DNA of 62,728 nucleotides, the filler included, from Choristocarpus tenellus KU-1152 (taxonomy: Eukaryota > Protista > Phaeophyceae): NCBI GenBank assembly GCA_964200185.2. It is 10 parts of 10 records of this genome, joined end to end, with 100 filler letters (N's around TTAATTAATTAA, not from the genome) between each part and the next. Parts side by side here need not be neighbours in the genome. Positions count along the whole stretch, not along the records: positions 48,143 to 51,654 come from CAXNAD020019531.1; positions 51,755 to 56,695 come from CAXNAD020012445.1; positions 56,796 to 59,578 come from CAXNAD020024798.1; positions 59,679 to 62,728 come from CAXNAD020022685.1; 6 more parts are not named here. One strand, 5' to 3'. Numbering within the stretch: the stretch's first letter is position 1; each line of letters starts with the position of its first letter. The translations under genes and the position numbers were made by a program. Below are positions 49,600 to 59,931 of the stretch, one piece after another. The notes below the pieces were generated by a model. It worked only from the letters and a program-made list of their open reading frames with translations. It did not search any database and was not told the origin of the DNA.

Positions 49600-51080
49600 C
49601 TCATGCCGTTGTCACCTGTCAGTCCAATTCTTTGGTCCAGAAGTCTGACCGGGGTCCAGACTCTAAACAACCTGACAAAGAACAGCGTGGCGGCCTGATG
49701 CCTAAGGTGGGCGTGAGACTTGGATCCCACAGGGGACGGCAGCGGCCATTGCAAAAGACTTCGGAATTGTCCAAATCACGGTGTTCAGTCATCTGAAGGT
49801 GTACGACGGCTAGATCGCACAGGGTGGATACATGGACCTTGCATAACCTCACAATGGGTGATGTGGCCAGCATACAAGTATCCTTGACGTTTGGGATGTC
49901 CCATCAGTACACCGCATATCCTTCTGCAAATGGGCGGCCAAAACTGGGGTCTACCTTGCCTCGTTGTGGAGTCATCTCCCGCCACGTCCTCATTTGGCTA
50001 CATGGTCCCCCTTGCCGTGTAGCTTTGCTCAATCTTGATGCATGAACATGGTGTGTCCTTCAGGCCTGGGTATGCAGGCCTTGAATGCCAGGATGACATC
50101 CTCGATCATGAGCTTCTAGTACTTCTCGCCATCCACCGTGGCTGGCACAAGCACCTTGGTGCCCTTGGTACGGTGTTTGCTGAAGTACAGAGCGACCTTA
50201 GTGTCCACGATTGGCCAGATCCCGATCTTCCCATCAAACCAAACCCCGTTGAAAAGCTTCCTAGGGCGGGCCACAGCTGCAAGGAATACCGCCTTCATAA
50301 TGTAACGTTTATTTTTGTGCCCGTGGGGGGGCCCTTTATTGGGGTGCAGGTACACACCCTTACTCATCTTTCACACCCTTACTCATTTTTCACACCCTTA
50401 CTCATCTTTGAGGATGAAAAATCTCTTTTCGTCCACATGCATACAATCATATAGATCGTCCACTAATACCCCACTCCCCCCCCTCTTGTACGTGTGGCTG
50501 ATGACGAAACCCATCCTGCTGACTAAGTGAAAGTATCTTAGAGGGTACGAATTTTGCCCTGTTAGTCCATTTGAGACTTGGGTACCCACGGGGTTTCTTA
50601 TTACATTTTCCTAGTCCAAAATATTTCAGAGTAGGTAAAATGTAACGTTATGAAAAGGTATGTNNNNNNNNNNGAACAAGGATATTGACACTTCCTAACA
50701 AACACGATAGCCAAAATTAAATTGAAACATTGGATTTTTGCCCCCAAATGGACGCGACTCTACCCTCTAAGATACTTTGGCTCGACTTCCTGCTGGTTGG
50801 CCTTCTTCACCTTCTCGAGCTTGCACGGTCATAGAAATCCTGCCAGCCAATTAACATGTGACCTCAATGTCAACGACCTGGGATTCGCTCATTCCATCCA
50901 ACAACTGAAGGAAGACGTAGGGGTGACCAACAAAGAGGACCTGGTGGAGGCTATAATGAAGGCATTGGATGTGTAGCCTTGGGAGACACTAGAGCGCACC
51001 TGGCAGAGCCTCTTCTCAGTCTACGGTGAATTGCTGGGGTCCAAGGGTGACAACATCTTCAAAATTCCCTATCTTAGCAA
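49600..51080 (+). pseudogene. Second DD39D mariner transposase relic, with its central segment (about 49971-50827) inverted
   Basis: Plus strand: HTH-like GTAAAIAKDFGIVQITV and DVPSVHR..KWAAKTGV.LASLW. Minus strand: MHVDEKRFF, VFLAAVARPR, WFDGKIGIWP, HQD*AKLH. Plus strand again: DLNVNDLGFAHSIQ, TLERTWQSL, GDNIFKIP. Confidence 0.85.
50525..50783 (-). mobile_element. MITE family A inserted in the mariner transposase, TSD GACT
   Basis: GACT at 50521-50524 and 50784-50787; transposase-like sequence continues across it. Confidence 0.92.
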
Positions 51081-51820
51081 GGAGGCCGAGAAAGCCGGCA
51101 AGTTCCCCCCGAATGTGCGCTGGAATGAAGTTTTGGAGGACTTTGGGGGCGGAATCATAGATAGGTGTAGGTTGCCGCATTTTACTTGAGATGTTGGTAG
51201 GGAACCGTTTTAGTGCTTGTGCAATACATCCATAAAATATGAACATGTGAAAAAACTCTTGATTCTTCATTGGGACTGCAAAAGGATGATGTAAGATGAT
51301 AGCATCATGTCTTAGGAACTATGTGTAAGTTGATTGATATAGGATACTTGGTGTTCATTTCGAATGGTTATATTTGTCCAAAATCTTATCCCGTATTTCC
51401 AGTGCAAATCAATTTTGGAAATATTTTCTAGATTTTTTAGAGGTCGAGGAGTAGTGAAAGCTGAGGTCGGGAAATGGGTAACATGTTAGGAGAATTCCAG
51501 TAATGCTTTAGATAAACCAATATATGTAACGTATCTTTGTATGGTTCAAAATGCAGATTTCAATCGTACAATCGAATAATAATCAATCCTGGCAGACACT
51601 TATATTAACTGAGTAGGGTTTCAAAAGACACAAAGTATCTGGGAGGAGGGGGGGNNNNNNNNNNNNNNNNNNNNNNNNNNNNNNNNNNNNNNNNNNNNTT
51701 AATTAATTAANNNNNNNNNNNNNNNNNNNNNNNNNNNNNNNNNNNNNNNNNNNNCAAATGGACAGCCGCTACCCCCTCCCAGATACTTTGAGCCACTGGC
51801 CATATGAAAGGGTGCATGCT

Positions 51821-52071
51821 GAGTCAAAGTATTTTAGAGGGTAGAGCCGCATCCGTTTGGGGGTCAAATCCAATACTGCGATTTTGAAGTAATTTTGGCT
51901 ATCGTGTTTGTTAGGAAGTGCCAATATCCTTGTTCTGGACACACCTTTTCATAACGTACACATTTGACCTACTCCGAAAGATTTCGGAATAGAAGTTAAT
52001 TAAAACCTCTTGGGAAGCCAAGCCCAAAATGGACAAACAGGCAAAACTCATACCCTCTAAGATACTTGATC
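51821..52071 (+). mobile_element. MITE family A
   Basis: GAGTCAAAGTATTTTAGAGGG...TACCCTCTAAGATACTT. Confidence 0.88.
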
Positions 52072-52249
52072 TTAGATAGTGCTGCTGATGCACTATAGAC
52101 ACCACCGGTGGATTAGATGATAGAATTGAGAGCCAGTGATAGATATACCATATATATTGACTCACTAGTGTGCATTGATTCATCATGTCATGTTCAAGAT
52201 ACACTTGCTTCACTGAAGAGAAGTTAAATAAGTGATTCATAGCAAATTA

Positions 52250-52443
52250 GTGTGGTCGATTGCAAACCTCACACTATAGGAATAATAATCGCAGTCTAGG
52301 CTTGTCTCACCCCATCAATTCAGTCAACGGAAATGAGGCCACAAGCCCTCTTGTAATATTAACATTGCACATCTACATCAAGCTACTCACTGCCCTTCAT
52401 TAAAGCACCGAAGCCGCTGGTCCAGTGCGGAATATTTCAACAA
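52250..52443 (+). mobile_element. Interspersed repeat, probably an LTR 3' end plus leader; homologous to 59755-59931
   Basis: Shared TGTGG...TTGCAAA.C.CACA, CAGTCA.CGGAA..GAG.CCACAAG and CCTTCATTAAAGCACC...GGTCCAGTG.GG.ATA.TTCAACA. Confidence 0.6.
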
Positions 52444-52937
52444 TACTCTCACTCTTCTCTCACCAAAATCTGGACCCACTCGGTTGGTGTTATGTTGTCG
52501 CGAGGAGCCTGTAAGAGCTGCCCTGTGATGCTCAGGATGTCAATTGTAGACGAGTCACCCAGAAGATCGCCATGTGTCCTAAGAGAGTCAGGCAAGAGAT
52601 TTCGAGGAGCTCGATGCGGGAAGGGGTAAAGTAATCACAGCATGGACGCAATGCATGAATGCGTTAAACTGCCGCGGTTGCTGTGGGAATTCTCGGGAGG
52701 TGCCTGGAACCTCTACAGATCATTGATTCCCGGAGGAATCTGTGCATCGGGCACGACTTCCATTTCCCTTGAACTCTGTGAGTCAGGCATTTCTGCGTAC
52801 CTGGGTAACAAAAGAAGGACGTGACAAAAAAATCGGGAATATGAGTTTACGAATGGGGAGAAATAACTACCTAAGCAATGTCAATACCATAGCGGTCAGA
52901 GACCACTCGTTTACGATCAGATATGCATGATGTCTCC

Positions 52938-53458
52938 GAGTGAAAGTATCTTAGAGGGTAGGAATTTTTCCCTATTTGTCCATTTGGGGTTTGGCTTCCC
53001 ACAGGTTTTTTTATGAACGTTTCCTACTCCGAAATGTTTCGCAGTAGGTAAAATGTGAGTCAGAGTAACTTAGAGGGTAGAGCCACGTCCGTTTGGAGGC
53101 CAAAATCCGATGTTCCGATTTGATGTAATTCTGGATATTGTGTTTGTTAGGGAGTGTCAATATCCTTGTTTCAGACATATCTTTTCATAACGTATACATT
53201 TATTTGCTCCTAAACACTTTGGAGTAGGAAAATGTCATTAAAAAAAAACGTGGGAAGCCAAGCCCCAAACGGACAAACAGGGCAAAATTCGTACCCTCTA
53301 AGATACTTTCACTCATGTACATGTTATGAAAAGGTGCATTTAAAACAAGGGTATTGACACTTCCTAAACAATATAATAGCCAAATTTTGATCAAAATCGC
53401 AACATTGGATTTTGGTCCCCAAACGGACGCGGCTCTACCCTCTAAGATACTTTGACTC
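52938..53458 (-). mobile_element. MITE family A (TSD CTCC), split by a nested copy
   Basis: CTCC at 52934-52937 and 53459-53462. Confidence 0.92.
53057..53314 (+). mobile_element. Nested MITE family A (TSD ATGT)
   Basis: ATGT at 53053-53056 and 53315-53318; opposite orientation to the host copy. Confidence 0.92.
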
Positions 53459-54368
53459 CTCCCTCGGAGCCACAGATGCCATCATGCCAATCCCTTCATC
53501 CAAGTTTGTATGGGTAGACGGTGAAAGCACTCCAAAACCATATCCTAGGAGACGACAAAACCAAGCAGAAGAAAATCCCGGCCATAGAAGGGGGGGGGGC
53601 TACGAAGAACCCAAAGTGCTGAGGTGAATACTGAGTATTCTCTCCAGTTTGAAGAGATAAGGTACGACCTTCATGTTACAGCACGCTCCAAAAGCTTACC
53701 TCTACAGGATGCATAGCCCTGATCCACAGGCCTATAGATATGACGCTGATTCTTGTACAGGACTCCTGGGATACTCCGACAGTCAAAAGGTCCAACTGGG
53801 ATGATGAATATCAGGTCAGCAGATGAAGTTACTCTTCTGAATCAATAAATATGTATATGAAATAGGTATAAGTAAGAGTGAGTCATTTTTAGGCCTCTTG
53901 TCATCATTTACCGTTATATTTTAGTTTCAGTTTTAACAGACGTTGAAATACATCTGAAAACCGTTGCATATATTTCCAAGTTACAGGTCTTACTCTGCAA
54001 CTTTTAGCGAATCGGAGTTCCCCCTTTTGGGGTTCCACACACATGTACACCTCTCGCGCTGATTAAAGCGTGGGTACTTGCGCTATTTGCCTTGTAACAC
54101 AGGTAGCACAAACGATTTTGAAAAAAATGGATAGTGTAAGAGAGGGACCGAGGTCAACACAGTTTTATTTTGGTAAATGCAGTATTACGGACTGATATCC
54201 ACGCTGTTCCTAGTTCATCAGAAAAGGGTGTGTGAAGAACTCTTTACGAGTGAATTTTAAGAGAGTTTTTGTTAGATCTGCATAATGTGGGGTAGGGTTT
54301 GGACAAAAATCGCACATACCAAGGATAGAACAAATATCTTTGATTGTTCGGGGTGTGGAAAGATCAAC

Positions 54369-54626
54369 GAGTGAAAGTATCTTAGAGCGTACGAGTTTTG
54401 CCCTGTTTGTCCATTTGGGGCTTGCCTACCCTCGGATGTTATTATGACATTTTCCAACTCCAAAATATTTCGGAGTAGGTAAAATGTATAGGTTATGAAA
54501 AGGTGTGTCCGCAACCAGGATATTGACACTCCCTAACAAACACGATAGCCAAAATTACATCAAAATCGCAACAGTTGATTTTGGGCCCAAATGGACGCAG
54601 CTCTATCCTTTAAGATACTTTGGCTC
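54369..54626 (-). mobile_element. MITE family A
   Basis: Both TIRs present; AAC on both flanks. Confidence 0.9.
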
Positions 54627-55258
54627 AACAATAGCTTGAATGCAAACCTTACCAAGGCATACTGCTGCACTAGAAACGATGTGTCCTAGGTATACAACTT
54701 TTTCCGAGCCAAACTTCGGTTTACAAGGTTTTAAAATAAAGCCAGCATTTTGAAGGGCAACAAAACGTTGTTCAAGTAAAGCTACATGAAACTCTCAAGT
54801 GGCAAAACAAAGAATGATATCATCCATATGACAAAGTAAACCCAACGCCGTGCCAAAACCAGATAGAGCTTGAGCCATCATGAATTGAAAAATAGAAGTG
54901 GCTATTGCTAAGTCCAAATAGAAGCCAATTCCTTACAAATTCCTTTAAGGGTGCCAAAGTTAATCTTGTGGATATCTGTTCGGTCACAAGAATTGATTAC
55001 ATGCTAGTTGTACATGTACAACAGAGAGAAACTTTACTGCACTGATGGAATCAAGATGTTCTTCAGCTAAAGGCACGAGGCAAGAACGTTTGATGAGGTG
55101 TTTATTTATGGTCCGTCAATAATCATTGCAGGATCCAATGGATCCCCAAGAGCTAAGGCGATCTTCAATTATTCCTTGGCTTTGCAATCTTCAACACACT
55201 ATCTTCAATACCTCTAACATTTGGATTGGTTCGATGAGGTGCCTGGTTAACGGGTCTA

Positions 55259-55517
55259 TTGACAGGTGGGGTGAACACGGTTGGAAACGCAAATAATTAC
55301 AGGGCATCAAATCTAAAAATGCTGGTGTTACCACCTTGACAGGTGGTGTGTACACGGTTGGAGACACAAATAAATACAGGGCATCGAATCTAAAAATGCT
55401 GGCATTACCACAATTGACGGGTGGTGTGTACACGGTTGGAAAAGCAAACATTTACAGGGCATCGAAGCTAAGAATGCTGGTATCACCACCATTGAGAGGT
55501 GGAGTGTACACGGTTGA
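55259..55517. repeat. Tandem repeat, 77-78 bp x about 3.3
   Basis: TTGACAGGTGGTGTGTACACGGTTGGA... starts at 55259, 55336, 55414 and 55492. Confidence 0.9.
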
Positions 55518-56223
55518 CCGACATCACATGAAATGTTCAGTATCCCGTCCACCACAAACTCCATCGTACACATTAACTTACCGTTCAACAGAACACGTCA
55601 ATTGTAGTACATACATGCGCCAATACTGTCATGGGCGACACCCACCATGCACTTGTAAACTGTTTCCCCACAAAAAATTCAGATCAAAATACACACTCTA
55701 CCGTTTGATAAACTACCCCGTCCACTTCGTCCTACATGCTTCATCGTATGTTTTCGTAACCTTCTAGATGTGGCTCGCGATTGACCGCGTACGCGATGCA
55801 CACCTTTTCAGGATATTCTGATCGTGGCGGTTTCGCTTATCGATGTATCAAACATACCCTTCTCCATGAAAGTGGGGTGTCATCCAACATGGCCGTACTC
55901 AGTGTAACACTTCGTGACCAAACATTGTGCAATCCCCTTCCCCCGTACAAATATGCAGCACTATCTATGTTCGCATCATGAGGATTTACTACAAATGTCA
56001 AAGGGAAACATACCCACCCAACACACTTATCGTCACCTCGTTTGGATCCCACTCAGGAAACGGGGACTAAAGAGACTGCCCAAGATCAGTGCCAGCCCGT
56101 TCGTGGAAAAAATCCAAAACGGACCTGATCATGGACCTCTTCCTCTCCATGTTTGTCAACCACGATGGTCCAGAAGAGATGGAAGGAAGCGCCCGCACTT
56201 GGAACGACCTTGCCTCTTGATAG

Positions 56224-56695
56224 TTGGATGAGAAAAGCAGATTTGCACCGTTGGTAATTGCGCTACGAGTTGTGTTGGCTCGGGAACAACGTGAGTCCAC
56301 ACCTGATCTCCAGGTTTACACATTCCTAGAATGTGTAAAAAAAGATCTTAGCACCGAGCATACCCACTATGTCTACAAATCCATCCTTGTCGGCATCGCT
56401 CCAGATGTCGAAATAGGCAATGGCGGGGTGACATCGATGTTCCAACCCCTTCTGTCCGTCACAGCAAGAAAATACGACATCAACGTCGACACACTGAGGT
56501 CATCAGTCAAAAAACGCACGGAATTCATGCGAGATATTCGGCAACAGGCGACCCCTCCTCATTGGCTGCAGATGACGCTGGGGGATTGTCTCCCAGCTCC
56601 GACACCCACGCCCCTCACTACTTTACTCAGGGGGACCACATGGGAAGCCCCGGTGCTGTTCCTTTTGTTTACGTCTCTTATCACGCGCGTTGTCT
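56224..56695 (+). CDS. Open frame of unknown function running into the contig end; possibly transposon-encoded
   Basis: About 157 stop-free codons of protein-like composition; SVTARKYDINVDTLRSSVKK resembles a helix-turn-helix. Confidence 0.35.
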
Positions 56696-57710
56696 NNNNN
56701 NNNNNNNNNNNNNNNNNNNNNNNNNNNNNNNNNNNNNNNTTAATTAATTAANNNNNNNNNNNNNNNNNNNNNNNNNNNNNNNNNNNNNNNNNNNNTTTGG
56801 TTGTGCGTTGTTTGTGGTGTGTTTTAGGTTGGTGGGGGGGGTGTTGTGCGTGCACGTGTGTTTCTGTGTCTGTATTTTACACCTGCTTATGTGTCTGCCT
56901 CTGCATCTGCGTCTCTGTCTGCGTCTGCGTCTGTGTGTTGCGCACCAATGAATCCCCAGCTTCAGATGCATCCTCTGCTGGAAGTATGGTTTGTTCCCCT
57001 TGATCAGTTAGGACTGCCCCATGTTCAGGTTGGGACCTAATGAACTCGTAGCTCGTAACCCTAACCCTAACCCAACCTGCAACAACAACAACAACAAGTG
57101 ATCGATTTTTTTTTATGACCAGAAGTGTTATCGAGAACTCCCTCAGTTGTGAACTTGGCAATCAATGTCAATGACGGACAAGGTACACACACACACACGT
57201 AACACAGAAATCAGAACACAGGCAGAGGCTCGGTCTCACATTCACCCACCCGTGCAGAAGGTTTCCCCTTGATAGAAAATAGGAGATACACCAAAATGTC
57301 TTAACCACAATGCAATAGTAGTAGTACTAGTCATAGTTATTAATGCTACTAATAATACTAAGTTATTATTATTTTACTATTATTTTAGTTATTATTAATA
57401 ATATGTTACTAATAATATTATTGTTGTTACTACTAGCACTACAGCTAAGTAGTAGTACTAGAAAAAACAATAAAACATATTGCTATTATTATATTATTAT
57501 TATTATTACAGTTGTTACTTCTATTATTACTATCATAGCAGAAGTCAGTCGACCAATGCAGCACATTTCATGTGTGACCCCCCTAACCCTAATCCTAACC
57601 CTAACCCTAACCCCTCACACACGTACACACACACAAAATAAAAAAAAATGTATCAATCATCAACTTGAAAGTTGTCAGCAGAACTACTGATTGAATACAC
57701 CCTTTTGCAG

Positions 57711-57949
57711 GCGCTACGCCACAAAGACCAAGAGTTGGTGGCAATGAAGAAAAAGAACACCCGCCTGATCAAGGAGAGCACCAAGGAGGGCAAGTCCCGT
57801 ATCAAGGTGAGGACTCGGTCTGACACCGAATGCAGCTGGGGGGGGTGGGGGAGCATCAATCCCCCGAAGAAGATGACATACGATCTTTGTACATTTTGAA
57901 AGAATGCATGGGGTTGTGCTCTCATTTCACCCTCTCTCTCTCTCTCTCT

Positions 57950-57981
<32 letters not shown>

Positions 57982-58653
57982 AATAAATGATAATAAAAAT
58001 AAAGTAAGATTTAAAATAAGATAAAAGTAAACTAAAAAACGAGTGTAAATTCAAATAAGTTGTAAATAAAGCACCCAGACAAACGAATGAACAAAATGCT
58101 TGATTATTTTATTGCAACCATTATTTTATTATTATTTCATTTTATTTTATTTTATTTTTTCACCGGTGACGAGTACCCTAGCAGCTCGTCCTTAACTCTT
58201 TGTGTTTGTGGACCTCTAAAATCAAGTTGTTTTTATTTATTTATTTAATCTATTCTTTTTTCTTTGTGCTCCTCTGAGGTTGAATCCCCTTCTGGACCGC
58301 GAGGAAATAGTTAAATTTGATTTTTTTATTTTTTTTTCCCCCTCAAGAAAAATAGTTTTAAATTCAACCTCGGGCGAAATTTTGTCGATTTGAATTTTTT
58401 CTATTTTTTTTTCGTATATTTTCGGAGAGTCTAAAAAAAAAAGGTAGGTTTATTTTTCTTTTGCCACAACAGTAGTAGTGTAGAAGCAGTGACCTCCTTT
58501 CTACTGCTTGCGCAGGCGGAGCTAGATCTCCGTGTCTCTCATGATCAAGTCATGGCGGTGAAGAAGCATAACGCTCAGCTCGCGGGACGGTGTCGGGACG
58601 AGGTAAAGCAGAAGTTAAAAGAGCATGAGGAGCGAGTTGAGACCCAGGAAAAG
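57711..58653 (+). CDS. Two internal exons (57711-57806, 58516-58653) of an unidentified coiled-coil protein
   Basis: Clean CAG|...|GTGAG boundaries, both phase 0; GC-rich islands in AT-rich introns; charged helical sequence. Confidence 0.65.
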
Positions 58654-59248
58654 GTGAGATCACTTCCCCCATTATTTTTGTAGCCTGTGAGGGAATCGTC
58701 AGGGCTAGGACTAGGAGGGAGGGGGGAGGAGAGGGGGGGGGGAGTGGAGAATAATAAAAGAATGAAAAAGAACAATAATGAAAAGAACAATAATAATGAA
58801 AGAACAAAAAGAATGAAAGAACAAAAAGGAAGAGTAGAAAAAATATATATTGATTGCTGGTGAGAAGGAGTGAAGCGCATGGTAGTACTTCGAAGTACCC
58901 GTTACTTTTTCAGGGGTTTTTTTCAGTTCAGTGAACTGATCTTCCTTAAGACTTTTTTTTAAAACTTTTTTTAAAGACCCAATGATGATGACACTTGCGT
59001 GCGTACACGTACGAGTTTTGTTTATTGTTTCTTTTTTCCAAGAGATGACCGCCATCTGTCGACAATCAGATCGTTGCTGTTTTACATTACCACATACAGT
59101 TACACAGAAATACACATACACACGCACATACATGTGTACATATATGTATATAAGTAATTCCTGCTGGGTGCTTCAGTTCTTGATTACATTAATAGCGTTA
59201 TACTGAGTATAACTTGGAGTTAGGGATAGGGATAGGGTTAGGGATAGG

Positions 59249-59514
59249 GAGCCAAAGTATCTTAGAGGGTAGAGACGCGTCCATTTGGGGGGCCAAAAGC
59301 CAATGTTGTGATTTTGACGTAATTTTGGCTATCATGTTAGTTAGGAAGTGTCATTATCCTTGTTCTAGACGCACTTTTCATAACGTACACATTTTACCCT
59401 AACCCTAAACATTTTGGAGCGGGAAAATGCCATAAAAAAAAAAATGGGAAGCCAAGCCCCAAATGGACAAAAAGGGCGAAACTCGTGCCCTCTCTTAATA
59501 AGATACTTTCACTC
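59249..59514 (+). mobile_element. MITE family A abutting (T/A)TAGGG repeats
   Basis: Both TIRs present; AGG on both flanks. Confidence 0.9.
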
Positions 59515-59678
59515 AGGGTTTCACCAGGCGGGGGAAAGAAGTCCCATCCTAAGATGCCTTGATTTCTTTTTTAATCCTNNNNNNNNNNNNNNNNNNNNNN
59601 NNNNNNNNNNNNNNNNNNNNNNTTAATTAATTAANNNNNNNNNNNNNNNNNNNNNNNNNNNNNNNNNNNNNNNNNNNN

Positions 59679-59931
59679 CTGATATTTGATCATCAGTTGA
59701 TATATCATGTATGGCACGTATGATAAGTAGATAAGATTATTTTCTGATTATCCATGTGGACGTTGCAAATCCCACATGGTAAGCTGCGCTGGTCTTACCC
59801 ACCTTCTCAGTCAGCGGAATCGAGACCACAAGACCCTTGAAATATTAACCTTACTCATCTATATCGAGCTGTTCTTTGTCCTTCATTAAAGCACCATAAA
59901 AGCCGCGGGTCCAGTGTGGGATAGTTCAACA
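59679..59931 (+). mobile_element. Probable LTR 3' end (...CCCACA at 59776) with PBS-like TGGTAAGC and leader
   Basis: CA|TGG junction typical of LTR-PBS; homology to 52250-52443. Confidence 0.5.

Noticed and set aside
51627-51794. One MITE-B spanning the gap, implying true contig adjacency
   Set aside because: The flanks (AAAA versus ACTG) do not form a TSD; both contigs simply end in copies of an abundant repeat.
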